IMG/VR virus record: IMGVR_UViG_3300009103_001660
Span: 1 to 64,000 of that record
Strand: one strand, 5' to 3'
Source: a virus
Length of the DNA stretch: 64,000 nucleotides
In this document: piece after piece, positions 47,101 through 55,712 of the stretch
Layout of the letters: every line of letters starts with the position of its first letter
Numbering within the stretch: the stretch's first letter is position 1
Translations under genes and position numbers: made by a program
The notes under the pieces: generated by a model
What the model was told of the DNA's origin: nothing
Seen by the model: the letters and a program-made list of their open reading frames with translations, nothing else
Database searches by the model: none

Positions 47101-50100
47101 CCTCCAATTAAGGCTGCTCCGCCCGCGCCCATTGCCATTGTTTTGCCAAACCCGCCTGCGGCTGTGCCTCCCATTAAGCCTTTTTTGGAACGCTGCGCTC
47201 CTCTAGCTAATTTAGTTACACTAACTGCTCTTTTAGCCTTAACTGCCCTGTAACCTAATTGACCCACGCGGGCGGCGGTCCCAATTCCGCCCGTGGTCAC
47301 AGCGAGGGCAGCGCCTATAGCGACCTCTCTACCTATTGCTTTTACCCATCCCCCTATGCCACTGCCTTTTTCTATCCCAAGAAATGCTCTTGCGTAGTCC
47401 ATTGGGCCAGTACCTCCCTGTTTGTCCTTAATGACATTAGACAGGGTTCTCTTGCTTTCTAAATCTGCTTGGAAGGCAGCTAGGGTTTCTTGTATTGTTA
47501 CGAGTCTGTTTACATCTTGTTGAATCTTAGTGACGAGTATTTGCATTTTTGCATCGTCGCCAGTCGCCATTGCTTGTTGAACTTGGTCTCTATATTTTTC
47601 TGGAATTTTTTCTAAAGACTCTGCCATTTGAGATTTAACTATAGCCATTTCTTCTCCAGATCCTCCAGTGGCCAAAAGAGCATTATATTTTTGCATCCCT
47701 TGCAATAAACCATTCACCCCAGAGGTAACCTCTTTGGCGCTCTCTTTGAATCTTTCAAGAGCGTCAGTCATTTGTTTTATCTCGGAAGTGGCTGCTTCTT
47801 GCATTTTTGATTTTCTCATCATCATCCCTGCGGTACCTCCAGCTAAAGCACCCATCGGGCCCAACATGCCTCCCATACCAGCCCACATTGCAGTTTCTCC
47901 CCAGCCCTCTATGCTAGCTTTATCTATTCTTCCCTGTTTAGTGCTGGTATCTTTAAACTGGGCTAAGCTTTGGGTAAGCATGGGCATCATCATTAGGGCC
48001 ATCATGCCTCCCCCCTGCCATCTTTCACCAATTTTTGACATCATTCCAGCTGTGGCACCAGCGCGAGCGGCATTTGCTGCTCCCCCGCCGACGACAGCAC
48101 CAGCAGCAGCCTTAGTTTTATTTCCTGCGGCAGCTGCGTCAGCTGCAAACTTGGTTCCCGCCTTAGCCGCTTTGTCCATGGCTTGTGTCAGAACTGTCGT
48201 TGCTCCTTTTTGTTTTCGGCTTTTTTGGATTAATGCTTCCATTTCTTTTGCATTAACCTTTTCAGCCCTAGCCATTCTTCTCAGGCCATCTATAAATTTA
48301 TCCATCTCTACGGCAGTTAATCCAACCCTTTTTCCGCCAAATAAAGTTGTCCCAACGAAATTGGGAATAAGCCCCTCACCCATACCATGGAATTTTGGAT
48401 TAATTCCAGCTTTTCTAGACCTATTGATACCGACACTTACGCTGCCGCTTGGGCCCTCATCTATGGTATTTGTAACGGCAAGCCCCATGGGGTTTCCACC
48501 AGTTCTTAGAGAGGCGTGAGAACCCACCCTTATTGAGCTCAGGGGCGCTCCTGAGGCTATTTCTCTCGAGATTGCAGCCCCGATACCCCCTCCCTCAGCA
48601 AAGTTCGGTACAAAGCCTCCTGCGCCGTAAAAATCGGTTTTTACTTTCCCCTTTGACGTGTGCTTTAATACTTTATCTCGCATTTTCCGAAGAGAGTCTG
48701 CGCTGTAGTTAAGTTTTAATTCCGCGGCATTTTTGGTCCCAGCTTTAGAGGTAAACAATCCCAGCCTGTCAAGAGCTGATCTACCATCACCAGTTATATC
48801 AAAAGTCGTATTCCCTGGGCCCGCAGGTCTTCTTGCGTCCCCGCTCGTTATGACCGCTTCTCTTATTAGGCCATCAAATAGGTTACCCAGAGTTTGTGGA
48901 AGATTGCTCTGAGCCATTACCCTCTCCGCAAAACCTACTCCAGTTTTAGTGCCCGCATTAATTCCCGAATATCCCATTGCTTTTGGCAAGCCCATGTGAT
49001 CAGCCAGCTTAGCTAGGGTTTCGCCAAGATATCGTTTGGCTTTAGGCTCAAACTCTTGGCCTGGCGGAATCTTTCCGCCGACCATTCCAGCGGTAGGAAA
49101 ACTAACAGCATATCTTGTTTGATCTTTTGCTGACTTGCGGGGTTTGGTTATCATAGTTTCTATACTTGGACCCCTGCGTTGACTGACCAACATAAGATAC
49201 TGACTTCCGTCAACGGGTACCGCATTCGACACACCCTTCACCTTACCACGAGCCCCCTCCCTCTTTGCTCGAGCGGTCATTCTATTAATAAAGGTTGAGT
49301 CCCTACCCCCATACCCCTTTTGAACATTTATACTGCTAACTTGGCCAGATTTAACCGCCCCATATAACGCACCCAATGTTCCGCCATCCTTAAGAAAAGC
49401 TGACGGAGAAGGTAGGGCAGCAAAGTTAGGGGTATAAGGGTTAAACCCGTGTGCTGCACCAAAAGCTTTTGCGTAACTAGAGCCAGCAGGACTTGAAGAG
49501 GGCGGCATTATAGCTGGTTGACTAAATCCTGGAAAATGTTTAATTTTTTCTCTTGAATTATATACTACTCTACCATAGTTGGGTATATGTCTTTCCCTAA
49601 TAGATCCAGCATTATAACCCGCTCTTGCTGCGGCCGATCTTTCCATCCTAGCTTCTCTTGGCGTGACTGCAAAATTTGGTACGTGTCCAGAAGCCTTTAT
49701 CCTTACGCCACCAAAACCACCCGCTCTTTGTGCTGCAGCTACCCTTGCCGCAATCTGTTCTGTTTTTAGTAGTTCAGCGTTTTTCATCTTAATGGTATCT
49801 AAGATTTGCCTGACTACCAGCGCCTCTTCCTTTTCTCCTTTTACTGCTCTACGAATAAGATCGGGCTGCTTCATCATCATGTCCGCAATCATGGTTTGAA
49901 GTTGAGCTTGCTGCTTAGCTGCGGAGTTCATTCCAGTGATTGTCGCCACCGCAGCGCCCGTGAACTTTGCAAATTGTACTGTTAGTTTGGCAATTAAAAG
50001 TCCTGCCATCGCCAAACCTGGCCCGCTCAATATCTTACCAATACCCTCTAAAATTCCCTTGCCTACCTTTGCACCTACATCGTTCGATTCTGCAGATTTA

Positions 50101-51311
50101 AACATTTGCTCAAGAATATAGTTTGTTGCGTTAAGAACATTTTTAATTGTCGGAGATAAAGTTAATTCCCCTAGCGCTGCTCCAGCCTTTTTTGCATTCG
50201 TCGCTGTTTCATTGAGTAAGTGGGAAAGCGTTTTAGATAAAGCGTCATTTCTTTTTATGGCCTGATCAGTTGTGTTGTTTGATATCCCAAGAGCTCTATC
50301 ATATATGTTATATTGCTGTGTCAAGTCAGACATAATTGCCTTCAACACGTTTACCTGAAATACACCGCCAAGCAATTCTGCAGTTTGAGCTCTTTGGGCA
50401 GTACTTAATGTTTGGTACGCCTTCGCATAGTTTTTGAGAGTTTGCATGGCGGGAAGCATTTCGCCGTGGGCATCTCTCACGGCTATACCTAATGCTTCAA
50501 AAGCTTCTACCACTCTGGGTCTTTGAATTCTTGTAAATAAAGTCTTTAAACTGTTACCAATAACGGCACCACCGCGAGCGGTTTTTACTTGTGCCGTTGT
50601 TACGATGCCCATGAGTTCATCTACGCTAACACCAGCTGCTTCTGCGGAACTACCCACGCGCCTGAATGCTTCAGCTAAATCCCTTTCGCTGACCGCAAAT
50701 TGTGCTGCGACGTTAGCCATTTTATTAATTAATTTAGTCGAATCTAGAGCGGCATCATTAAAGGTGTTGAGCGCAGCGGTTATAGCCATAACGCTCTTTT
50801 CAACCTCTAAGCCTGAAAGTCTTGTTAAAATTAGGGCATCCTTTGTCCGTTTCAAGGTTTCTGTAGCAGTTAAGCCCATTCTTGAAAACTCTGTTGCGGC
50901 CCTAGCTACCTCTGAAAATGATTGCCCAGTTTTCTTAGCAACATTAAAAAGTTCATCACCGAAAGTTCGAAGCGATGATGTGCTTAATTGGAAGATACTG
51001 TTAAGCTGAGTTAATTCCCTCTCTACCTCTATTGCAGCTTCTGCAACAGCCTTTAAAGATCTGCCTACCGCATAAATTACCCCAGCACTGGCGCCAAAGG
51101 CCAGAACACGAGCGTTCGCAGCCTCCATTGAGTTAGTAAATTCATCTACGGCACCAGTAATTCTACCTAACGGCTGGGTAAAAGATCGGGTATTTAATCC
51201 CTTTAATCTAATATTGGTACGCTCCGCTTTGTTAATAAAGCGACTTAGTTCGCGTTCCGCCTTCGACATGTCGACGGTTGCAGAACCTCTTAAATTAAAG
51301 ACTGAAGCCAT
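41193..51311 (-). CDS. Tape measure protein, TP901-type (3372 aa)
   Basis: AVSERDLAEAFRRVGSSAEAAGVSVDELMGIVTT...GAVIGNSLKTLFTRI core, Ala/Gly-rich helical body, C-terminal DDVPAWLNQGEYV and VPALLTGGEFVV; lies downstream of the tube and chaperone-like genes. Confidence 0.93.
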   Translation of the reverse strand: MASVFNLRGSATVDMSKAERELSRFINKAERTNIRLKGLNTRSFTQPLGRITGAVDEFTNSMEAANARVLAFGASAGVIYAVGRSLKAVAEAAIEVERELTQLNSIFQLSTSSLRTFGDELFNVAKKTGQSFSEVARAATEFSRMGLTATETLKRTKDALILTRLSGLEVEKSVMAITAALNTFNDAALDSTKLINKMANVAAQFAVSERDLAEAFRRVGSSAEAAGVSVDELMGIVTTAQVKTARGGAVIGNSLKTLFTRIQRPRVVEAFEALGIAVRDAHGEMLPAMQTLKNYAKAYQTLSTAQRAQTAELLGGVFQVNVLKAIMSDLTQQYNIYDRALGISNNTTDQAIKRNDALSKTLSHLLNETATNAKKAGAALGELTLSPTIKNVLNATNYILEQMFKSAESNDVGAKVGKGILEGIGKILSGPGLAMAGLLIAKLTVQFAKFTGAAVATITGMNSAAKQQAQLQTMIADMMMKQPDLIRRAVKGEKEEALVVRQILDTIKMKNAELLKTEQIAARVAAAQRAGGFGGVRIKASGHVPNFAVTPREARMERSAAARAGYNAGSIRERHIPNYGRVVYNSREKIKHFPGFSQPAIMPPSSSPAGSSYAKAFGAAHGFNPYTPNFAALPSPSAFLKDGGTLGALYGAVKSGQVSSINVQKGYGGRDSTFINRMTARAKREGARGKVKGVSNAVPVDGSQYLMLVSQRRGPSIETMITKPRKSAKDQTRYAVSFPTAGMVGGKIPPGQEFEPKAKRYLGETLAKLADHMGLPKAMGYSGINAGTKTGVGFAERVMAQSNLPQTLGNLFDGLIREAVITSGDARRPAGPGNTTFDITGDGRSALDRLGLFTSKAGTKNAAELKLNYSADSLRKMRDKVLKHTSKGKVKTDFYGAGGFVPNFAEGGGIGAAISREIASGAPLSSIRVGSHASLRTGGNPMGLAVTNTIDEGPSGSVSVGINRSRKAGINPKFHGMGEGLIPNFVGTTLFGGKRVGLTAVEMDKFIDGLRRMARAEKVNAKEMEALIQKSRKQKGATTVLTQAMDKAAKAGTKFAADAAAAGNKTKAAAGAVVGGGAANAARAGATAGMMSKIGERWQGGGMMALMMMPMLTQSLAQFKDTSTKQGRIDKASIEGWGETAMWAGMGGMLGPMGALAGGTAGMMMRKSKMQEAATSEIKQMTDALERFKESAKEVTSGVNGLLQGMQKYNALLATGGSGEEMAIVKSQMAESLEKIPEKYRDQVQQAMATGDDAKMQILVTKIQQDVNRLVTIQETLAAFQADLESKRTLSNVIKDKQGGTGPMDYARAFLGIEKGSGIGGWVKAIGREVAIGAALAVTTGGIGTAARVGQLGYRAVKAKRAVSVTKLARGAQRSKKGLMGGTAAGGFGKTMAMGAGGAALIGGAMRYGDLMDERVNLQGRIYDQDTASGKLALERDVKNISTSLGVSGQMSNMTREQRENFLRQMQGAGGVPQIMDALQTNLKGTDPRAFKMLRDNIFGGLEKGKHTKEHDIPVLIEALKKMAKEANVAAMWAEKAAAHQAVLNELRNEELAISKEYEEAIKAAGIALSGAITRVQDLQKSIAEMDHTLGNFQRKTLLNRVRSTSKLAEPFMGEEATRVSEYTIKDLELANKTITKMQKIQLKSQSSFLENLSKRLVTVNDQINNLAISQQATNKAISTTDIVKIGKAGAQRDALLEIFEEASDMFRAGEDQEDIEDHLKKMLINNTELQTIMGGQGLLQTQILDQLRTSAEKANQDRAKALQAHQMELAELRIQSELSRKINVQNLELGLLGGAKGYMEGQNIRPTLDRIQRLRGQAGTFGGDLGTITSGRASLQMLDLIQGSYGAEGPDMPKDLIRRAIEGRAVDIQQKSLLTLRNFPELATTPSGKESVTKKLTNLANARQVAEKQIRAQIKDPSLHMQEIRDRIVDLKVLQALSLNTRENEMFTAFDKAIRVNNLNQLVGTVFSGHQALQAVQEASTAHMASSNTAGQQSIHTKLEEIRRALALNENMRQMSQLNKDLFTNMREFIANMEGAIGKESLQNLGQFVPGGKIKSPEDLSNAMRQYNILKGKRGAKQRGQIGTYIPSNQFTYGAGLGAIGETTAGAHSEEAFLAAMTSMAKGPVTMDSLWNLGGKKQVHGRERTLETLAGAAFQTNRVKRGTPGAKDPRAMLKFLATMDTAAVAEEQGVPEEGLKALKADALQRWNRVNARLPGQVNLGQNDRSSAFQSLPTTGRASMFMGNLNMGAPAFMNIGRMALGQAGLPNIRDMQKNKAGLEWDERWLRRGEEGAGHQGRGLQAGFDLGTAGSMMPAGNGPGDFPTKANLPDTLEAEYKTIDGQSYAYNIKYKGKKRSGTRLSPGGQPPQKLNYIKDTPIGYQDMPLLKELGVGDVRVTPHQLKAQAERYRKMAHIFGDVRAFGGPAAQRGWVPREKWGEGKDGVRDMSRATAVEYGWKGAEVDGSPVDVVGAKKARLYYMQLMAQASQLEAAAAKLKDPNANINLSAQPNRQLPAAEQKLVDNTKGAAEALHKNQRAVDAHTYAVKKDKEIQDGITEGKKQMKHLQDGAVLNSKGQWVPAAQFSGQGTGQTPIRRNAYAWNMGQSAALSPQGYASSLWSQAMMQDPNKRSITYKGGHGVAEKIKLSDMQGKKADELTKVLNVAIEKHGEVVDGLKEKMLHAKEDLEWLIHQGIEEDDPDYKLAFNNYLTALDNLNNSESAVFKNKAQGILKLIKLLADLSPEAAKALASQTPAEQAAAAWRGGGAKRTGKSIYGHSVEKLNRAKSAISTLPKSITDMADGPDKIAATRAHQDAKRGEYLDLLRSGKGNTYKTIYDNMAANSDNLERIVQHNELNFLEESARELAESIQDLEVLEKSGRATGDEIRAVADRITSLRIERGNYGLDDSFRSMGSQLRYSESDFYRQVDDSLKVAVTTFRDGTIDAFDAAITGAKDLKASFKDIFQDMTDHLRKTILATFVNRFIFEPIGAGMQGMGRPVTNASGGYIRGYAGGGVVRGGTGYKDDVPAWLNQGEYVIRRGVVQQPGMESFLQSINSGGAMGASRGAYVSQANKTEWVVSGQSQGISADVALADGTPVRSKRGWDVSGIRHNVGNLTGYALDSDNPQNQLRLDRERAYYQHQDSELSNLETWANEYLSYIKQKKANRRSALVNAGISMASGWLMGERLFGGKFYGRGTAGGRMLRGFRNAGRRIAGWGGRGPKAGGRPVNEMEALKHGPDMHPFEPNASGGHSSRNVPALLTGGEFVVDRDVVSNLGRGFFDKMNAGVLSPRKFAEGGLVEAGVGSAGSAVNQPKGGGGEMTNNITVNVNMNGDNAASSVSGGGMNDKQAKGLGDMIQQQVVQTIIKEKRAGGILNR

Positions 51312-51330
51312 ATACCTTTTTCCCTGACAC

Positions 51331-51340
51331 TAATTACACT
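51331..51340 (-). promoter_or_regulatory. AGTGTA-type motif upstream of the tape measure
   Basis: AGTGTAATTA, followed downstream by AAAAGGTAT-ATG, identical to the 9 nt preceding ATG 31262. Confidence 0.55.
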
Positions 51341-51353
51341 TTTTTGGTTCAAA

Positions 51354-52352
51354 TTACCCGTGTAACCTAATAAAATCTTCCATATCTAGAGTACCACCCT
51401 TTTTCTGAGCTTCCTTTGTAAGATTCATGCGCGTTTGTGGATCGCCAGAATCAATTCCCATTTTTGCAAGGTCTTCTTTTGTTGCACCCACCATAGATAC
51501 AGCGCCCGCTTTACCCTCTTCTGGTAAAGCTTTTTCCATGGCTTTTTGACCCTCTTTGGCGGACTCAAGCCAGTCCACCAGTTTATCTGGATCTTTATAT
51601 AGATCCTCAGGGGGTTTGACTTTTGCATCTGAAATCATTTGTTTGTAATATCTGGCGTATGTAAATAAATTAGTTTGATTAAAAGTTAATTTGATTACTG
51701 GTTTACCAAATAAATTTACAACATCATCTCCACATATATAAAATATAGACAAGAAAAACGGGGCAAGAGATATTCTTTTAATGCTATTATCATCAAACAT
51801 TTTAGAGATTTCCATATACCCCTCAAAAAGTTTGTTAAGATCGAGTTCGGTCAGATGGTCAAACTCTTCAATACTGATAACTTTTTCTTTAAATTGATTG
51901 TCTTTATATAAGACGCTTCTTATATAGTGTTCTGAAGATTTTTTTTGAGCGTATCTTTCTGAGGTTAAGCCTATGGATTCAGCTTTTGAGGTTTCTAGGT
52001 CTTTTAGTTTGTCTTGGGCTTCATTTAATTGATTATCTATACCAGCTAACTGTTTTTGAAGAAAAAGCTTTTTTCTAGAATTCCTGAGACCATCGACAAA
52101 AGAAGAAAGTTCTGCCCGCCGCTGTTCTTCTTCATCTGTCCATATACCTTGTTCATTTAATATTTTTAATTGTTCTTTTTCCGAAGGTAAACCCAACCCT
52201 TCAGCTTTCGACTTATAAAAATCGGTTGTATCCTCAAGACCCGCGGAATCTTCTACTGTTAAATGTTTAAAATAAACTTTGCCGTATTTCTCTAGCTGTA
52301 TTTCGGAATAACCTTTAATTATATCATTATATATTAGTTTTTGATTTTTCAC
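51354..52352 (-). CDS. Hypothetical helical protein, probable tail assembly chaperone (second)
   Basis: Lies between the tube and tape measure genes; its GTG start overlaps the upstream TGA. Confidence 0.55.
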   Translation of the reverse strand: MKNQKLIYNDIIKGYSEIQLEKYGKVYFKHLTVEDSAGLEDTTDFYKSKAEGLGLPSEKEQLKILNEQGIWTDEEEQRRAELSSFVDGLRNSRKKLFLQKQLAGIDNQLNEAQDKLKDLETSKAESIGLTSERYAQKKSSEHYIRSVLYKDNQFKEKVISIEEFDHLTELDLNKLFEGYMEISKMFDDNSIKRISLAPFFLSIFYICGDDVVNLFGKPVIKLTFNQTNLFTYARYYKQMISDAKVKPPEDLYKDPDKLVDWLESAKEGQKAMEKALPEEGKAGAVSMVGATKEDLAKMGIDSGDPQTRMNLTKEAQKKGGTLDMEDFIRLHG

Positions 52353-53287
52353 GAATCATCACTTTTAGATTCTTCTTTGGGCTCTTCCTCTTTAGGCTCT
52401 TCCGATTGTGGCTCTTCCTCTTTGGGTTCTTCCGATTGCGGCTCTTCGGCCTTTTCTTCATCTTCGGTTTTCTTTTTTTCTTCGTCTAATTTATTAGCCG
52501 CAAATTCTTCTGTTGCTTTTTCGGTTTCTTCTAATCCAGTTAGGTCTTCATTTTCCGCCATTTCAAGAAGACGTTTAAGTTCTTCGGTGTCGTTTGTTTT
52601 ACTAACATACCAAAAGCTTGTATAGTAAAAAAGTTTTTGAACCAGTTCATTGTCGTAATCATCGTCGCGATCCTCTAGCTCATCGTAAACTTTTGTTTTT
52701 TCTGAGAACTCTTCTCCCGCGAAAACTGGATGTTCTTTGCCCTCTTCATCTATCATGTGTGACAAATGAAGAACCCACCAAAAAATTGTTTTATTTCTAG
52801 CTCTGTTTTCCGCAGTTTGATCATACAGAGTTGATCTAGCTAGTTCAAATTCTTGCAGTTGCTTTTTCGCTTCGAGCAAATACTCTTTTGTTTCTTCGTA
52901 TCTTTGCTGCTCTTCTTCAGTTCTTGAATCCTTAGGCTTTAACGCAATAACTTGAGCTTCAACCTGCTTTTCAAAAATGTTATCATATAATTCTTTAAAT
53001 TCTGTCTTTTCGTCTTCGCTTAAAATACCGCCGTCGTTATTGAATCTTTTTGCGAGGAGCGGGCGGGTTAATAGCCCCGCCTTAATCCCTTCTGATAGCT
53101 GTACAGCGTAATAAAGCTCTGCCGCATCAAATAGTTTTCTTGTTGGTTTCCTGAGAAAATAGTTATTGTCTACTAATTTTTTAACATCAGTGGTCGTTGT
53201 TACTTCCTGCCCCTGATCGTTTTTTTCAGTATGAGACTCCTTAACTGTTTCTTCTCTTGTTATTGTAAATTCATATAGTCTTTTCAT
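52349..53287 (-). CDS. Hypothetical helical protein, probable tail assembly chaperone (first), acidic repeat tail
   Basis: Position after the tube gene; C-terminal EEPQSEEPKE repeats. Confidence 0.55.
   Translation of the reverse strand: MKRLYEFTITREETVKESHTEKNDQGQEVTTTTDVKKLVDNNYFLRKPTRKLFDAAELYYAVQLSEGIKAGLLTRPLLAKRFNNDGGILSEDEKTEFKELYDNIFEKQVEAQVIALKPKDSRTEEEQQRYEETKEYLLEAKKQLQEFELARSTLYDQTAENRARNKTIFWWVLHLSHMIDEEGKEHPVFAGEEFSEKTKVYDELEDRDDDYDNELVQKLFYYTSFWYVSKTNDTEELKRLLEMAENEDLTGLEETEKATEEFAANKLDEEKKKTEDEEKAEEPQSEEPKEEEPQSEEPKEEEPKEESKSDDS
52370..52447 (-). repeat. 30-bp tandem coding repeat (EEPQSEEPKE x2 plus partial)
   Basis: gaagagccgcaatcggaagaacccaaagag / gaagagccacaatcggaagagcctaaagag / gaagagcccaaagaagaa on the minus strand. 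Confidence 0.9.
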
Positions 53288-53289
53288 AA

Positions 53290-53517
53290 TTATTGTTTAA
53301 AATTAATATTAAAATTAGATAAGTGCTCCTCTAATTCCCTTATAGAGTCATTGCCGTAATCTAAAACCCTTTTTCTAATTTGTTGATATTTATCTTTGTC
53401 GATGCATTTTTCTGCACCAGAGTCCTCTAAAAGAATAAGAAATGATTTACAAAGATTTATTATTTTTCTCTTATTTTGAAAATTAATAAACTTTTCTGGA
53501 GACACCTTTTCCTTCAT
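53290..53517 (-). CDS. Hypothetical protein
   Basis: 75 aa; AAGGAG Shine-Dalgarno and TATAAT upstream. Confidence 0.75.
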   Translation of the reverse strand: MKEKVSPEKFINFQNKRKIINLCKSFLILLEDSGAEKCIDKDKYQQIRKRVLDYGNDSIRELEEHLSNFNINFKQ

Positions 53518-53565
53518 AACTCCTTATACCTTATAACTATTATAATAAATAATGCCATTTTTTAC

Positions 53566-53594
53566 AAAAAAAAACCCCCCAATAAAGGGGGGTT
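53566..53594 (-). terminator. Rho-independent terminator after the major tail gene
   Basis: Minus strand AACCCCCC-TTTATT-GGGGGG followed by a 9-T run. Confidence 0.85.
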
Positions 53595-53610
53595 GTTAAA
53601 GTTAGTAAGA

Positions 53611-54753
53611 TTACGACTTACCACTAAAGAACAGTCCAACGCCAGATTGAGTTGCAGAACCAACCTGAGTGCTAAAGTTCATGGTGAGAGACTTATTATC
53701 TCCGATAGCGTTAGTATACGAAGTCCCATCTAGCTTAGCCTTTTTCATAACGATCGCCATGTGCAGGGCTGAACCCTTTGCGAGATTTACGATCAGATCG
53801 TAATCTCTATCTGCGTCGACGAGGTCAACCAAGTTAGCGGCGTCAGTTTCACCGCAAATGGCATCAACAGAAGCGGTAACGTTGACTGGGAATGTGACTT
53901 CTCTTGCATAAGCAAACTTGCTACCCAATTTCTGGAGAGCTTCTCTGGTCATATCCATTGAGAAGTTATAACTTTGAATCTTCATATCGCTAATCTTAGC
54001 ACCCACGTCTGTAGGCGCTGCACCATTACCGAGATCAGCAGAAACCAGAATGTCTAGAGAAGCATCACCTGGTTTCATCACTGTAGTTGTATCAGTGCCA
54101 GCGTTAAAGTGACTGTCACCCTGCGCGGCAACGTCTATCATTGCGAGTTTGAATTCCTTGCTCGTATTAGCTGCACCAGCAGAGTCCACAAACGGCGAAT
54201 GACCAGTCGTATTTGCATAGAACCTCATATTGAGAGCCTCAACACTTACGCTTGAAGTCGGGAATGATCCGATTGCTCCCTCCGTACTATATGAGGAAAT
54301 AAATCCGTTACCAATACCGATTGTTTCGTCGTTAGCGCTACCAGTTGCGTGGCGAGCGGCGTCACTCCCTTCGGGGACGACTCTAAGGTAATAATTTCTT
54401 TCGTCAGCGCCACCTAAGATGTCTCCTAGACATGATTTCATGTCGGAAAAGTCCGTATTGTGAGCGTTAACACTAAATCCCAATAGATCCTCATTTGCCC
54501 AGCTGCCTAGGTAATAATTGAAATCCATTGAAACCGTTGGTGCGTCGAGAATAACTCTGTCGATCGAGGCTAGCTCGCCGAACTGGTTAACGTCTTGACG
54601 TGTGATATCAAAACTGTAATTACAGCTTTGAAGACGCTGAAGAGCTTTTGGTGCATCACTCGCTGTCTCTGTGATGTAAGCTCCGTTTGCGTCTTTATCT
54701 GGACCCGCATAAAGGGCCTGACTTTGGTAAATAACTCTATTTCTTGATGCCAT
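53611..54753 (-). CDS. Major tail (tube) protein, internally duplicated
   Basis: N-half LQSCNYSFDITRQDVNQFG...PTVSMDFNY and C-half IQSYNFSMDMTREALQKLG...PVNVTASVDA; has its own terminator and the expected synteny. Confidence 0.75.
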   Translation of the reverse strand: MASRNRVIYQSQALYAGPDKDANGAYITETASDAPKALQRLQSCNYSFDITRQDVNQFGELASIDRVILDAPTVSMDFNYYLGSWANEDLLGFSVNAHNTDFSDMKSCLGDILGGADERNYYLRVVPEGSDAARHATGSANDETIGIGNGFISSYSTEGAIGSFPTSSVSVEALNMRFYANTTGHSPFVDSAGAANTSKEFKLAMIDVAAQGDSHFNAGTDTTTVMKPGDASLDILVSADLGNGAAPTDVGAKISDMKIQSYNFSMDMTREALQKLGSKFAYAREVTFPVNVTASVDAICGETDAANLVDLVDADRDYDLIVNLAKGSALHMAIVMKKAKLDGTSYTNAIGDNKSLTMNFSTQVGSATQSGVGLFFSGKS

Positions 54754-54815
54754 AATTTTTTCCTTTTATTTGTATATTTTTTTACATTTATTTAGTTTGT
54801 TTGGGAACTGTTCCC

Positions 54816-55712
54816 TTAATCAGTTATCGTTCTCGGATACCTGTAGGTTTCCAAGGTAAAATCTATTAGTGCTCTAAATATATCTGGGTTAGAGTTCGCA
54901 AAATTTTCCATATATCCGAGCGAAAACCTAGATACTCCTACATCACTTATATACACATTTTTTGTGGCGTTTACAGATAAATTATCATAATCGAACGGTA
55001 CTCCGCTTTTGAACCCGCCCAGAGCGTCAAATGGATATTGGTGATCGTCGAAAACTGGCACGACTTTTCTTACAGAATCCTTAAATATCGAACACGCTGC
55101 GTCGCATTTAAATTGACTATCGGCCAAAACTACTGCTCTCAGGTTTATACTTGTTGATTCACACCCACCAAAGGAGAATTCCTCATTTTTGCCCCCATTG
55201 TTTTTGATAAAAATCGCTGGATATGTCGCGACATTAGGTGCTAGCCCAGTGGGCGTTTGGGAAATGCCCCGCCTTAGATCTATTTTTGTTTCAAATAAAA
55301 GCTCCTGCTCAGCTTTGTTTGTAAGGTGGATACTGAAATCTTTTACGGCATATCTCCCACTTATGGTAACATTGGTTTGCTCAGCATTTAGTAACGCTTG
55401 GCCCTCATTGTAATTGAACCCTAGCAGCGGGGATGTATTCGTGCCATCAACGTAATGTCCAGTTGCTCTGAAATTTCCGTTTGTATATATCCCCGTTGGA
55501 ACTTGAGCGCCAAGTGTCCCAGTAACCGAAAAAGAACAGTCTGATACAAATTGCTTAAATGGTGCCCCATAGCTATAATACCCTTCATATAATGAGTTCA
55601 CTGGATAAAAGTCCGAATCGTAATTGGTAAAAGCCTCACCCTCAACCAATAGTTCATGGTCGAACCATAGCAAAAAACTAGAAATAACCCTATTTTCAAA
55701 TTGACTTTTCAT
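54816..55712 (-). CDS. Probable tail terminator/completion protein
   Basis: Immediately upstream of the tube gene; TYPAIFIKN...FSFGG...INLRAVV pattern. Call is mainly by synteny. Confidence 0.45.
   Translation of the reverse strand: MKSQFENRVISSFLLWFDHELLVEGEAFTNYDSDFYPVNSLYEGYYSYGAPFKQFVSDCSFSVTGTLGAQVPTGIYTNGNFRATGHYVDGTNTSPLLGFNYNEGQALLNAEQTNVTISGRYAVKDFSIHLTNKAEQELLFETKIDLRRGISQTPTGLAPNVATYPAIFIKNNGGKNEEFSFGGCESTSINLRAVVLADSQFKCDAACSIFKDSVRKVVPVFDDHQYPFDALGGFKSGVPFDYDNLSVNATKNVYISDVGVSRFSLGYMENFANSNPDIFRALIDFTLETYRYPRTITD

Noticed and set aside
47668-48519. 283-aa plus-strand ORF and other antisense ORFs within the tape measure and J genes
   Set aside because: Shadows of Ala/Gly-rich coding sequence on the opposite strand, with no motifs or start signals.
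52349-52485. A_AAA_AAG slippery heptamer near the end of the first chaperone-like gene, suggesting a lambda G-T type -1 frameshift fusion
   Set aside because: The -1 frame hits TGA four codons later and two more stops before the next gene, so no fusion is possible. The Lys-Lys codons are explained by the charged tail.
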